A stretch of 64,000 nt of DNA from Nemertoderma westbladi (lineage: Eukaryota > Animalia > Xenacoelomorpha). Position 1 is the first letter of the stretch. The number at the start of each line of letters is the position of its first letter. A model generated the notes under the pieces. That model made no database searches and was not told the DNA's origin. It worked only from the letters and a program-made list of their open reading frames with translations. This document shows, in pieces, positions 33,400 through 48,354 of the stretch. The stretch is from assembly GCA_032718475.1 (NCBI GenBank), contig JAUCBJ010001123.1, positions 1 to 64,000 on the forward strand. Direction: 5' to 3'. Position numbers and translations under genes: made by a program.

Positions 33400-33434
33400 G
33401 ACTTGCTTCACGGGCTGCTAGGCCCATCTCTAGT
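33400..33434 (+). mobile_element. Putative 3' end of the Helentron-like element starting at ~14403
   Basis: GACTTGCT (reverse complement of AGCAAGTC at the 5' end), GGGC...GCCC hairpin, CTAGT terminus. Confidence 0.45.
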
Positions 33435-33579
33435 AAAATAGCTATTTATAACCAAAAAATAATTATTCCCACCCCAAACAATACTTATCAAACATTATAA
33501 TAATTCATGCGCCAAATATGATATGTTTCCTACAAAATTTTATGGGAAATTCATTCATTGAACTTCATCCGCCATACAA

Positions 33580-36500
33580 ATATTTATTAGAAGACCTTTA
33601 GGACTTCTTATATTTATTAGAAGACCTTTAGGACTTCTTATATTTATTAGAAGACCGTCAGGACTTCTTATATTTATTAGAAGACCGTTTGGACTTCTTA
33701 TATTTATTAGAAGACCTTTAGGACTTCTTATATTTATTAGAAGACCGTTAGGACTTCTTATATTTATTAGAAGACCGTTAGGACTTCTTACATTTATTAG
33801 AAGACCGTTAGGACTTCTTATATTTATTAGAAGACCGTTAGGACTTCTTATATTTATTAGAAGACCGTTAGGACTTCTTATATTTATTAGAAGACCTTTA
33901 GGACTTCTTATATTTATTAGAAGACCGTTAGGACTTCTTATATTTATTAGAAGACCGTCAGGACTTCTTATATTTATTAGAAGACCGTTAGGACTTCTTA
34001 TATTTATTAGTAGACCGTTAGGACTTCTTATATGTATTAGAAGACCGTTAGGACTTCTTATATTTATTAGAAGACCGTTAGGACTTCTTATATTTATTAG
34101 AAGACCGTTAGGACTTCTTACATTTATTCGAAGACCGTTAGGACTTCTTATATTTATTAGAAGACCGTTAGGACTTCTTATATTTATTAGAAGACCGTTA
34201 GGACTTCTTACATTTATTCGAAGACCGTTAGGACTTCTTATATTTATTAGAAGACCTTTAGGACTTCTTATATTTATTAGAAGACCGTTAGGACTTCTTA
34301 TATTTATTAGAAGACCGTCAGGACTTCTTATATTTATTCGAAGACCGTTAGGACTTCTTATATTTATTAGAAGACCTTTAGGACTTCTTATATTTATTAG
34401 AAGACCGTTAGGACTTCTTATATTTATTCGAAGACCGTTAGGACTTCTTATATTTATTAGAAGACCTTTAGGACTTCTTATATTTATTAGAAGACCGTTA
34501 GGACTTCTTATATTTATTAGAAGACCGTTAGGACTTCTTATATTTATTAGAAGACCGTTAGGACTTCTTATATTTATTAGAAGACCGTTAGGACTTCTTA
34601 TATTTATTAGAAGACCTTTAGGACTTCTTATATTTATTAGAATACCGTTAGGACTTCTTATATTTATTAGAAGACCTTTAGGACTTCTTATATTTATTAG
34701 AAGACCGTTAGGACTTCTTATATTTATTCGAAGACCGTTAGGACTTCTTATATTTATTAGAAGACCTTTAGGACTTCTTATATTTATTAGAAGACCGTTA
34801 GGACTTCTTATATTTATTAGAAGACCGTTAGGACTTCTTACATTTATTATAAGACCGTTAGGACTTCTTATATTTATTAGAAGACCGTTAGGACTTCTTA
34901 TATTTATTCGAAGACCGTTAGGACTTCTTACATTTATTATAAGACCGTTAGGACTTCTTATATTTAGTAGAAGACCGTTAGAACTTCTTATATTTATTAG
35001 AAGACCGTTAGGACTTCTTATATTTATTCGAAGAATGTTAGGACTTCTTATATTTATTCGAAGACCGTTCGGACTTCTTATATTTATTAGAAGACCGTTA
35101 GGACTTCTTATATTTATTAGAAGACCGTCAGGACTTCTTATATTTATTCGAAGAATGTTAGGACTTCTTATATTTATTCGAAGAATGTTAGGACTTCTTA
35201 TATTTATTAGAAGACCTTTAGGACTTCTTATATTTATTAGAATACCGTTAGGACTTCTTATATTTATTAGAAGACCGTTAGGACTTCTTATATTTATTAG
35301 AAGACCGTTAGGACTTCTTATATTTATTCGAAGACCGTTAGGACTTCTTACATTTATTATAAGACCGTTAGGACTTCTTATATTTAGTAGAAGACCGTTA
35401 GAACTTCTTATATTTATTAGAAGACCGTTAGGACTTCTTATATTTATTAGAAGACCTTTAGGACTTCTTATATTTATTAGAATACCGTTAGGACTTCTTA
35501 TATTTATTAGAAGACCGTTAGGACTTCTTATATTTATTAGAAGACCGTTAGGACTTCTTACATTTATTATAAGACCGTTAGGACTTCTTATATTTATTAG
35601 AAGACCGTTAGGACTTCTTATATTTATTAGAAGACCGTTAGGACTTCTTATATTTATTAGAAGACCGTTAGGACTTCTTATATTTATTAGAAGACCGTTA
35701 GGACTTCTTACATTTATTATAAGACCGTTAGGACTTCTTATATTTATTAGAAGACCGTTAGGACTTCTTATATTTATTAGAAGACCGTTAGGACTTCTTA
35801 TATTTATTAGAAGACCGTTAGGACTTCTTATATTTATTAGAAGACCGTTAGGACTTCTTATATTTATTAGAAGACCGTTAGGACTTCTTATATTTATTAA
35901 AAGACCGTTAGGACTTCTTATATTTATTCGAAGACCGTTAGGACTTCTTATATTTATTAGGAGACCGTTAGGACTTCTTATATTTATTAGAAGACCGTTA
36001 GGACTTCTTATATTTATTAGAAGACCGTTAGGACTTCTTATATTTATTAGAAGACCTTTAGGACTTCTTATATTTATTAGAAGACCGTTAGGACTTCTTA
36101 TATTTATTAGAAGACCGTCAGGACTTCTTATATTTATTAGAAGACCGTTAGGACTTCTTATATTTATTAGTAGACCGTTAGGACTTCTTATATGTATTAG
36201 AAGACCGTTAGGACTTCTTATATTTATTAGAAGACCGTTAGGACTTCTTATATTTATTAGAAGACCGTTAGGACTTCTTACATTTATTCGAAGACCGTTA
36301 GGACTTCTTATATTTATTAGAAGACCGTTAGGACTTCTTATATTTATTAGAAGACCGTTAGGACTTCTTACATTTATTCGAAGACCGTTAGGACTTCTTA
36401 TATTTATTAGAAGACCTTTAGGACTTCTTATATTTATTAGAAGACCGTTAGGACTTCTTATATTTATTAGAAGACCGTCAGGACTTCTTATATTTATTCG

Positions 36501-39500
36501 AAGACCGTTAGGACTTCTTATATTTATTAGAAGACCTTTAGGACTTCTTATATTTATTAGAAGACCGTTAGGACTTCTTATATTTATTCGAAGACCGTTA
36601 GGACTTCTTATATTTATTAGAAGACCTTTAGGACTTCTTATATTTATTAGAAGACCGTTAGGACTTCTTATATTTATTAGAAGACCGTTAGGACTTCTTA
36701 TATTTATTAGAAGACCGTTAGGACTTCTTATATTTATTAGAAGACCGTTAGGACTTCTTATATTTATTAGAAGACCTTTAGGACTTCTTATATTTATTAG
36801 AATACCGTTAGGACTTCTTATATTTATTAGAAGACCTTTAGGACTTCTTATATTTATTAGAAGACCGTTAGGACTTCTTATATTTATTCGAAGACCGTTA
36901 GGACTTCTTATATTTATTAGAAGACCTTTAGGACTTCTTATATTTATTAGAAGACCGTTAGGACTTCTTATATTTATTAGAAGACCGTTAGGACTTCTTA
37001 CATTTATTATAAGACCGTTAGGACTTCTTATATTTATTAGAAGACCGTTAGGACTTCTTATATTTATTCGAAGACCGTTAGGACTTCTTACATTTATTAT
37101 AAGACCGTTAGGACTTCTTATATTTAGTAGAAGACCGTTAGAACTTCTTATATTTATTAGAAGACCGTTAGGACTTCTTATATTTATTCGAAGAATGTTA
37201 GGACTTCTTATATTTATTCGAAGACCGTTCGGACTTCTTATATTTATTAGAAGACCGTTAGGACTTCTTATATTTATTAGAAGACCGTCAGGACTTCTTA
37301 TATTTATTCGAAGAATGTTAGGACTTCTTATATTTATTCGAAGAATGTTAGGACTTCTTATATTTATTAGAAGACCTTTAGGACTTCTTATATTTATTAG
37401 AATACCGTTAGGACTTCTTATATTTATTAGAAGACCGTTAGGACTTCTTATATTTATTAGAAGACCGTTAGGACTTCTTATATTTATTCGAAGACCGTTA
37501 GGACTTCTTACATTTATTATAAGACCGTTAGGACTTCTTATATTTAGTAGAAGACCGTTAGAACTTCTTATATTTATTAGAAGACCGTTAGGACTTCTTA
37601 TATTTATTAGAAGACCTTTAGGACTTCTTATATTTATTAGAATACCGTTAGGACTTCTTATATTTATTAGAAGACCGTTAGGACTTCTTATATTTATTAG
37701 AAGACCGTTAGGACTTCTTACATTTATTATAAGACCGTTAGGACTTCTTATATTTATTAGAAGACCGTTAGGACTTCTTATATTTATTAGAAGACCGTTA
37801 GGACTTCTTATATTTATTAGAAGACCGTTAGGACTTCTTATATTTATTAGAAGACCGTTAGGACTTCTTACATTTATTATAAGACCGTTAGGACTTCTTA
37901 TATTTATTAGAAGACCGTTAGGACTTCTTATATTTATTAGAAGACCGTTAGGACTTCTTATATTTATTAGAAGACCGTTAGGACTTCTTATATTTATTAG
38001 AAGACCGTTAGGACTTCTTATATTTATTAGAAGACCGTTAGGACTTCTTATATTTATTAAAAGACCGTTAGGACTTCTTATATTTATTCGAAGACCGTTA
38101 GGACTTCTTATATTTATTAGGAGACCGTTAGGACTTCTTATATTTATTAGAAGACCGTTAGGACTTCTTATATTTATTAGAAGACCGTTAGGACTTCTTA
38201 TATTTATTAGAAGACCTTTAGGACTTCTTATATTTATTAGAAGACCGTTAGGACTTCTTATATTTATTAGAAGACCGTTAGGACTTCTTATATTTGTTAG
38301 AAGACCGTTAGGACTTCTTATATTTATTAGAAGACCGTTAGGACTTCTTATATTTATTCGAAGAATGTTAGGACTTCTTATATTTATTCGAAGAATGTTA
38401 GGACTTCTTATATTTATTAGAAGACCGTTAGGACTTCTTATATTTATTAGAAGACCGTTAGGACTTCTTATATTTATTAGAAGACCGTTAGGACTTCTTA
38501 TATTTATTAGAAGACCGTTAGGACTTCTTATATTTATTAGAAGACCGTTAGGACTTCTTATATTTATTAGAAGACCGTTAGGACTTCTTATATTTATTAG
38601 AAGACCGTTAGGACTTCTTATATTTATTAGAAGACCTTTAGGACTTCTTATATTTATTAGAAGACCGTTAGGACTTCTTATATTTATTAGAAGACCGTTA
38701 GGACTTCTTATATTTATTAGAAGACCGTTAGGACTTCTTATATTTATTAGAAGACCGTTAGGACTTCTTATATTTATTAAAAGACCGTTAGGACTTCTTA
38801 TATTTATTCGAAGACCGTTAGGACTTCTTATATTTATTAGGAGACCGTTAGGACTTCTTATATTTATTAGAAGACCGTTAGGACTTCTTATATTTATTAG
38901 AAGACCGTTAGGACTTCTTATATTTATTAGAAGACCGTTAGGACTTCTTATATTTATTAGAAGACCGTTAGGACTTCTTATATTTATTAGAAGACCGTTA
39001 GGACTTCTTATATTTATTAGAAGACCTTTAGGACTTCTTATATTTATTAGAAGACCGTTAGGACTTCTTATATTTATTAGAAGACCGTTAGGACTTCTTA
39101 TATTTATTAGAAGACCGTTAGGACTTCTTATATTTATTAGAAGACCGTTAGGACTTCTTATATTTATTAAAAGACCGTTAGGACTTCTTATATTTATTAG
39201 AAGACCGTTAGGACTTCTTATATTTATTAGAAGACCGTTAGGACTTCTTATATTTATTAGAAGACCGTTAGGACTTCTTATATTTATTAGAAGACCGTTA
39301 GGACTTCTTATATTTATTAGAAGACCGTTAGGACTTCTTATATTTATTAGAAGACCGTTAGGACTTCTTATATTTATTAGAAGACCGTTAGGACTTCTTA
39401 TATTTATTAGAAGACCGTTAGGACTTCTTATATTTATTAGAAGACCGTTAGGACTTCTTATATTTATTAGAAGACCGTTAGGACTTCTTATATTTATTAG

Positions 39501-42500
39501 AAGACCGTTAGGACTTCTTATATTTATTAGAAGACCGTTAGGACTTCTTATATTTATTAGAAGACCGTTAGGACTTCTTATATTTATTCAAAGACTGTTA
39601 GGACTTCTTATATTTATTAGAAGACCGTTAGGACTTCTTATATTTATTCGAAGACCGTTAGGACTTCTTATATTTATTAGGAGACCGTTAGGACTTCTTA
39701 TATTTATTAGAAGACCGTTAGGACTTCTTATATTTATTAGAAGACCGTTAGGACTTCTTATATTTATTAGAAGACCGTTAGGACTTCTTATATTTATTAG
39801 AAGACCGTTAGGACTTCTTATATTTATTAGAAGACCGTTAGGACTTCTTATATTTATTCGAAGACCGTTAGGACTTCTTATATTTATTAGGAGACCGTTA
39901 GGACTTCTTATATTTATTAGAAGACCGTTAGGACTTCTTATATTTATTAGAAGACCGTTAGGACTTCTTATATTTATTAGAAGACCGTTAGGACTTCTTA
40001 TATTTATTAGAAGACCGTTAGGACTTCTTATATTTATTAGAAGACCGTTAGGACTTCTTATATTTATTAGAAGACCGTTAGGACTTCTTATATTTATTAG
40101 AAGACCGTTAGGACTTCTTATATTTATTAGAAGACCGTTAGGACTTCTTATATTTATTAGAAGACCGTTAGGACTTCTTATATTTATTAAAAGACCGTTA
40201 GGACTTCTTATATTTATTCGAAGACCGTTAGGACTTCTTATATTTATTCGAAGACCGTTAGGACTTCTTATATTTATTCGAAGACCGTTAGGACTTCTTA
40301 TATTTATTAGGAGACCGTTAGGACTTCTTATATTTATTAAAAGACCGTTAGGACTTCTTATATTTATTCGAAGACCGTTAGGACTTCTTATATTTATTAG
40401 AAGACCTTTAGGACTTCTTATATTTATTAGAAGACCGTTAGGACTTCTTATATTTATTAGAAGACCGTTAGGACTTCTTATATTTGTTAGAAGACCGTTA
40501 GGACTTCTTATATTTATTAGAAGACCGTTAGGACTTCTTATATTTATTCGAAGACCGTTAGGACTTCTTATATTTATTAGAAGACCGTTAGGACTTCTTA
40601 TATTCATTAGAAGACCTTTACGACTTCTTATATTTATTAGAATACCGTTAGGACTTCTTATATTTATTAGAAGACCGTTAGGACTTCTTATATGTATTAG
40701 AAGACCGTTAGGACTTCTTATATTTATTAGAAGACCGTTAGGACTTCTTATATTTATTAGAAGACCGTTAGGACTTCTTATATTTGTTAGAAGACCGTTA
40801 GGACTTCTTATATTTATTAGAAGACCGTTAGGACTTCTTACATTTATTAGAAGACCGTTAGGACTTCTTATATTTATTCGAAGAATGTTAGGACTTCTTA
40901 TATTTATTAGAAGACCGTTAGGACTTCTTATATTTATTAGAAGACCGTTAGGACTTCTTATATTTATTAGAAGACCGTTAGGACTTCTTATATTTATTAG
41001 AAGACCGTTAGGACTTCTTATATTTATTAGAAGACCTTTAGGACTTCTTATATTTATTAGAAGACCGATAGGACTTCTTATATGTATTAGAAGACCGTTA
41101 GGACTTGTTATATTTATTAGAAGACCGTTAGGACTTCTTATATTTATTAGAAGACTGTTAGGACTTCTTATATTTATTAGAAGACCTTTAGGACTTCTTA
41201 TATTTATTCGAAGAATGTTAGGACTTCTTATATTTATTCGAAGAATGTTAGGACTTCTTATATTTATTAGAAGACCGTTAGGACTTCTTATATTTATTAT
41301 AAGACCGTTAGGACATCTTATGTTTATTAGAAGACCATTAGAACTTCTTATATTTATTAGAAGACCGTTAGGACTTCTTATATTTATTAGAAGACCGTTA
41401 GGACTTCTTATATTTATTAGAAGACCGTTAGGACTTCTTATATTTATTAGAAGACCTTTAGGACTTCTTATATTTATTCGAAGAATGTTAGGACTTCTTA
41501 TATTTTTTAGAAGACCTTTAGGACTTCTTATATTCATTAGAAGACCTTTACGACTTCTTATATTCATTAGAAGACCTTTACGACTTCTTATATTTATTAG
41601 AAGACCGTTAGGACTTCTTATATTTATTAGAAGACCTTTAGGACTTCTTATATTTATTAGAAGACCGTTAGGACTTCTTATATTTATTAGAAGACCGTTA
41701 GGACTTCTTATATTTATTAGAAGACCGTTAGCACTTCTTATATTTATTAGAATCCCGTTAGGACATCTTATGTTTATTAGAAGACCATTAGAACTTCTTA
41801 TATTTATTCGAAGAATGTTAGGACTTCTTATATTTTTTAGAAGACCTTTAGGACTTCTTATATTCATTAGAAGACCTTTACGACTTCTTATATTCATTAG
41901 AAGACCTTTACGACTTCTTATATTTATTAGAAGACCGTTAGGACTTCTTATATTTATTAGAAGACCTTTAGGACTTCTTATATTTATTAGAAGACCGTTA
42001 GCACTTCTTATATTTATTAGAAGACCGTTAGGACTTCTTATATTTATTAGAAGACCGTTAGGACTTCTTATATTTATTAGAAGACCGTTAGGACTTCTTA
42101 TATTTATTAGAAGACCTTTAGGACTTCTTATATTTATTAGAAGACCGTTAGCACTTCTTATATTTATTAGAAGACCTTTAGGACTTCTTATATTTATTAG
42201 AAGACCGTTAGCACTTCTTATATTTATTAGAAGACCTTTAGGACTTCTTATATTTATTAGAAGACCGTTAGCACTTCTTATATTTATTAGAAGACCGTTA
42301 GGACTTCTTATATTTATTAGAAGACCGTTAGGACTTCTTATATTTATTAGAAGACCGTTAGGACTTCTTATATTTATTATAAGACCGTTAGGACTTCTTA
42401 TATTTATTAGAAGACCGTTAGGACTTCTTATATTTATTCGAAGACCGTTAGGACTTCTTATATTTATTCGAAGAATGTTAGGACTTCTTATATTTATTAG

Positions 42501-45500
42501 AAGACCGTTAGGACTTCTTATATTTATTCGAAGAATGTTAGGACTTCTTATATTTATTAGAAGACCGTTAGGACTTCTTATATTTATTAGAAGACCGTTA
42601 GGACTTCTTATATTTATTAGAAGACCGTTAGGACTTCTTATATGTATTAGAAGACCGTTAGGACTTGTTATATTTATTAGAAGACCGTTAGGACTTCTTA
42701 TATTTATTAGAAGACCGTTAGGACTTCTTATATTTATTCGAAGAATGTTAGGACTTCTTATATTTATTAGAAGACCGTTAGGACTTCTTATATTTATTAG
42801 AAGACCGTTAGGACTTCTTATATTTATTAGAAGACCGTTAGGACTTCTTATATGTATTAGAAGACCGTTAGGACTTGTTATATTTATTAGAAGACCGTTA
42901 GGACTTCTTATATTTATTAGAAGACCGTTAGGACTTCTTATATTTATTAGAAGACCGTTAGGACTTCTTATATTTATTAGAAGACCGTTAGGACTTCTTA
43001 TATGTATTAGAAGACCGTTAGGACTTCTTATATTTATTAGAAGACCGTTAGGACTTCTTATATTTATTCGAAGACCGTTTGGACTTCTTATATTTATTAG
43101 AAGACCGTTAGGACTTCTTATATTTATTCGAAGAATGTTAGGACTTCTTATATTTATTAGAAGACCTTTAGGACTTCTTATATTTATTAGAAGACCGTTA
43201 GCACTTCTTATATTTATTAGAAGACCGTTAGGACTTCTTATATTTATTAGAAGACCGTTAGGACTTCTTATATTTATTAGAAGACCGTTAGGACTTCTTA
43301 TATTTATTATAAGACCGTTAGGACTTCTTATATTTATTAGAAGACCGTTAGGACTTCTTATATTTATTCGAAGACCGTTTGGACTTCTTATATTTATTAG
43401 AAGACCGTTAGGACTTCTTATATTTATTCGAAGAATGTTAGGACTTCTTATATTTATTAGAAGACCGTTAGGACTTCTTATATTTATTAGAAGACCGTTA
43501 AGACTTCTTATATTTATTAGAAGACCGTTAGGACTTCTTATATGTATTAGAAGACCGTTAGGACTTGTTATATTTATTAGAAGACCGTTAGGACTTCTTA
43601 TATTTATTCGAAGACCGTTAGGACTTCTTATATTTATTAGAAGACCTTTAGGACTTCTTATATTTATTCGAAGAATGTTAGGACTTCTTATATTTATTAG
43701 AAGACCGTTATGACTTCTTATATTTATTAGAAGACCGTTAGGACTTCTTATATTTATTCGAAGAATGTTAGGACTTCTTATATTTATTAGAAGACCGTTA
43801 GGACTTCTTATATTCATTAGAAGACCTTTACGACTTCTTATATTTATTCGAAGACCGTTAGGACTTCTTATATTTATTAGAAGACCTTTAGGACTTCTTA
43901 TATTTATTAGAAGACCGTTAGCACTTCTTATATTTATTAGAATCCCGTTAGGACATCTTATGTTTATTAGAAGACCATTAGAACTTCTTATATTTATTAG
44001 AAGACCGTTAGGACTTCTTATATTTATTAGAAGACCGTTAGGACTTCTTATATTTATTGGAAGACCGTTCGGACTTCTTATATTTATTAGAAGACCGTTA
44101 GGACTTCTTATATTTATTAGAAGACCGTCAGGACTTCTTATATTTATTCGAAGACCGTTAGGACTTCTTTCATTTATTAGAAGACCGTTAGGACTTCTTA
44201 TATTTATTAGAAGACCTTTAGGACTTCTTATATTTATTAGAAGACCGTTAGCACTTCTTATATTTATTAGAATCCCGTTAGGACTTCTTATGTTTATTAG
44301 AAGACCGTTAGGACTTCTTATATTTATTAGAAGACCGTTAGGACTTCTTATATTTATTAGAAGACCGTTAGGACTTCTTATATTTATTAGAAGCCGTTAG
44401 GACTTCTTATATTTATTAGAAGACCGTTAGGACTTCTTATATTTATTAGAATCCCGTTAGGACATCTTATGTTTATTAGAAGACCATTAGAACTTCTTAT
44501 ATTTATTAGAAGACCGTTAGGACTTCTTATATTTATTAGAAGACCGTTAGGACTTCTTATATTTATTAGAAGACCGTTAGGACTTCTTATATTTATTAGA
44601 AGACCGTTAGGACTTCTTATATTTATTAGAAGACCGTTAGGACTTCTTATATTTATTAGAAGACCATTAGAACTTCTTATATTTATTAGAAGACCGTTAG
44701 GACTTCTTATATTTATTCGAAGACCGTTAGGACTTCTTTCATTTATTAGAAGACCGTTAGGACTTCTTATATTTATTAGAAGACCTTTAGGACTTCTTAT
44801 ATTTATTAGAAGACCATTAGAACTTCTTATATTTATTAGAAGACCGTCAGGACTTCTTATATTTATTCGAAGACCGTTAGGACTTCTTTCATTTATTAGA
44901 AGACCGTTAGGACTTCTTATATTTATTAGAAGACCTTTAGGACTTCTTATATTTATTCGAAGACCGTTAGGACTTCTTTCATTTATTAGAAGACCGTTAG
45001 GACTTCTTATATTTATTAGAAGACCTTTAGGACTTCTTATATTTATTAGAAGACCGTTAGCACTTCTTATATTTATTAGAATCCCGTTAGGACTTCTTAT
45101 GTTTATTAGAAGACCGTTAGGACTTCTTATATTTATTAGAAGACCGTTAGGACTTCTTATATTTATTAGAAGACCGTTAGGACTTCTTATATTTATTAGA
45201 AGACCGTTAGGACTTCTTATATTTATTAGAAGACCGTTAGGACTTCTTATATTTATTAGAAGACCATTAGAACTTCTTATATTTATTAGAAGACCGTTAG
45301 GACTTCTTATATTTATTAGAAGACCGTTAGGACTTCTTATATTTATTAGAAGACCGTTAGGACTTCTTATATTTATTAGAAGACCGTTAGGACTTCTTAT
45401 ATTTATTAGAATCCCGTTAGGACATCTTATGTTTATTAGAAGACCATTAGAACTTCTTATATTTATTAGAAGACCGTTAGGACTTCTTATATTTATTAGA

Positions 45501-47829
45501 AGACCGTTAGGACTTCTTATATTTATTAGAAGACCGTTAGGACTTCTTATATTTATTAGAAGACCGTTAGGACTTCTTATATTTATTAGAAGACCGTTAG
45601 GACTTCTTATATTTATTAGAAGACCTTTAGGACTTCTTATATTTATTAGAAGACCGTTAGGACTTCTTATATTTATTAGAAGACGGTTAGGACTTCTTAT
45701 ATTTATTAGAAGACCGTTAGGACTTCTTATATTCATTAGAAGACCTTTACGACTTCTTATATTTATTCGAAGACCGTTAGGACTTCTTATATTTATTAGA
45801 AGACCTTTAGGACTTCTTATATTTATTAGAATCCCGTTAGGACATCTTATGTTTATTAGAAGACCATTAGAACTTCTTATATTTATTAGAAGACCGTTAG
45901 GACTTCTTATATTTATTAGAAGACCGTTAGGACTTCTTATATTTATTAGAAGACCTTTAGGACTTCTTATATTTATTAGAAGACCGTTAGCACTTCTTAT
46001 ATTTATTAGAATCCCGTTAGGACATCTTATGTTTATTAGAAGACCATTAGAACTTCTTATATTTATTAGAAGACCGTTAGGACTTCTTATATTTATTAGA
46101 AGACCGTTAGGACTTCTTATATTTATTGGAAGACCGTTCGGACTTCTTATATTTATTAGAAGACCGTTAGGACTTCTTATATTTATTAGAAGACCGTTAG
46201 GACTTCTTATATTTATTAGAAGACCTTTAGGACTTCTTATATTTATTAGAAGACCGTTAGGACTTCTTATATTTATTAGAAGACGGTTAGGACTTCTTAT
46301 ATTTATTAGAAGACCGTTAGGACTTCTTATATTTATTAGAAGACCGTTAGGACTTCTTATATTTATTAGAAGACCGTTAGGACTTCTTATATTTATTGGA
46401 AGACCGTTCGGACTTCTTATATTTATTAGAAGACCGTTAGGACTTCTTATATTTATTAGAAGACCGTTAGGACTTCTTATATTTATTAGAAGACCTTTAG
46501 GACTTCTTATATTTATTAGAAGACCGTTAGGACTTCTTATATTTATTAGAAGACGGTTAGGACTTCTTATATTTATTAGAAGACCGTTAGGACTTCTTAT
46601 ATTTATTAGAAGACCGTTAGGACTTCTTATATTTATTAGAAGACCTTTAGGACTTCTTATATTTATTAGAAGACCGTTAGGACTTCTTATATTTATTAGA
46701 AGACGGTTAGGACTTCTTATATTTATTAGAAGACCGTTAGGACTTCTTATATTCATTAGAAGACCTTTACGACTTCTTATATTTATTCGAAGACCGTTAG
46801 GACTTCTTATATTTATTAGAAGACCTTTAGGACTTCTTATATTTATTAGAAGACCGTTAGGACTTCTTATATTTATTAGAAGACGGTTAGGACTTCTTAT
46901 ATTTATTAGAAGACCGTTAGGACTTCTTATATTCATTAGAAGACCTTTACGACTTCTTATATTTATTCGAAGACCGTTAGGACTTCTTATATTTATTAGA
47001 AGACCGTTAGGACTTCTTATATTTATTAGAAGACCGTTAGGACTTCTTATATTTATTAGAAGACCGTTAGCACTTCTTATATTTATTAGAATCCCGTTAG
47101 GACATCTTATGTTTATTAGAAGACCATTAGAACTTCTTATATTTATTAGAAGACCGTTAGGACTTCTTATATTTATTAGAAGACCGTTAGGACTTCTTAT
47201 ATTTATTGGAAGACCGTTAGGACTTCTTATATTTATTAGAAGACCGTTCGGACTTCTTATATTTATTAGAAGACCGTTAGGACTTCTTATATTTATTAGA
47301 AGACCGTTAGGACTTCTTATATTTATTAGAAGACCTTTAGGACTTCTTATATTTATTAGAAGACCGTTAGGACTTCTTATATTTATTAGAAGACGGTTAG
47401 GACTTCTTATATTTATTAGAAGACCGTTAGGACTTCTTATATTTATTAGAAGACCGTTAGGACTTCTTATATTTATTAGAAGACCGTTAGGACTTCTTAT
47501 ATTTATTAGAAGACCGTTAGGACTTCTTATATTTATTAGAAGACCGTTAGGACTTCTTATATTTATTAGAAGACCGTTAGGACTTCTTATATTTATTAGA
47601 AGACCGTCAGGACTTCTTATATTTATTAGAAGACCGTTAGGACTTCTTATATTTATTAGAAGACCGTTAGGACTTCTTATATTTATTAGAAGACCGTTAG
47701 GACTTCTTATATTTATTAGAAGACCGTTAGGACTTCTTATATTTATTAGAAGACGGTTAGGACTTCTTATATTTATTAGAAGACCGTCAGGACTTCTTAT
47801 ATTTATTAGAAGACCGTTAGGACTTCTTA
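33580..47829. repeat. 30-bp satellite (~475 units)
   Basis: Unit tatttattagaagaccgttaggacttctta; a single 1-bp deletion at ~44394; 2160-bp higher-order duplication. Confidence 0.99.
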
Positions 47830-48200
47830 CTGTAAAACAATTCACTATCTATCTATGTATGTGTGTATGTATATCGGATGAACTCCTCCGAAGCTATAGC
47901 TCGTCCGTCAATGAAAATTATAAAAATCGACGCAGCTCAACCCCAGGATGTGGAAAAAAAAGTTTCGAAAAAATTATTAAAGTGTCTTTTTTTATTTCGA
48001 ACAATAGCCCATAACACAACAATTGCCATAGACTCAATGATAAAAACACCAGCTGCCTAGTAAGCTACTACTATTGATTGAATGGATAAGCCAAACTGCA
48101 GAGAAGTACATTAATTGCCAAATTTATTACTATCTCACTCTATGCGAGACAGAAAGCAAACATTGTAATGTATTAGCCTGCCACCTGAATAGCTCTTCCC
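47830..48200 (+). mobile_element. Body of a Helentron/DINE-1-like non-autonomous element following the satellite
   Basis: (ctat)/(gtat) microsatellite, then tttcgaacaatagcccataacacaacaattgccatag...tgataaaaacaccagctg, similar to 14620-14870. Confidence 0.55.
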
Positions 48201-48282
48201 AGTGAATCCTATGGGAATATCTATAGGGCTAATCACTGCTATGTTAGGAGGTGGGACATTGAATATCTATAATTATCCGTAC

Positions 48283-48354
48283 ATTATTGACCGGTTGTAC
48301 ACTCGGAGTAGGAAAGCCTCGACTGGTTCCTACTCCCTAAAACCGGTCAATAAT
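48283..48354. repeat. 72-bp nested inverted repeat (hairpin)
   Basis: ATTATTGACCGGTT/AACCGGTCAATAAT and GGAGTAGGAA/TTCCTACTCC. Confidence 0.8.

Noticed and set aside
35035-48014. Giant ORFs (up to 2892 aa) in the 30-bp array
   Set aside because: The unit length is a multiple of 3 with stop-free frames on both strands; this is a satellite artefact
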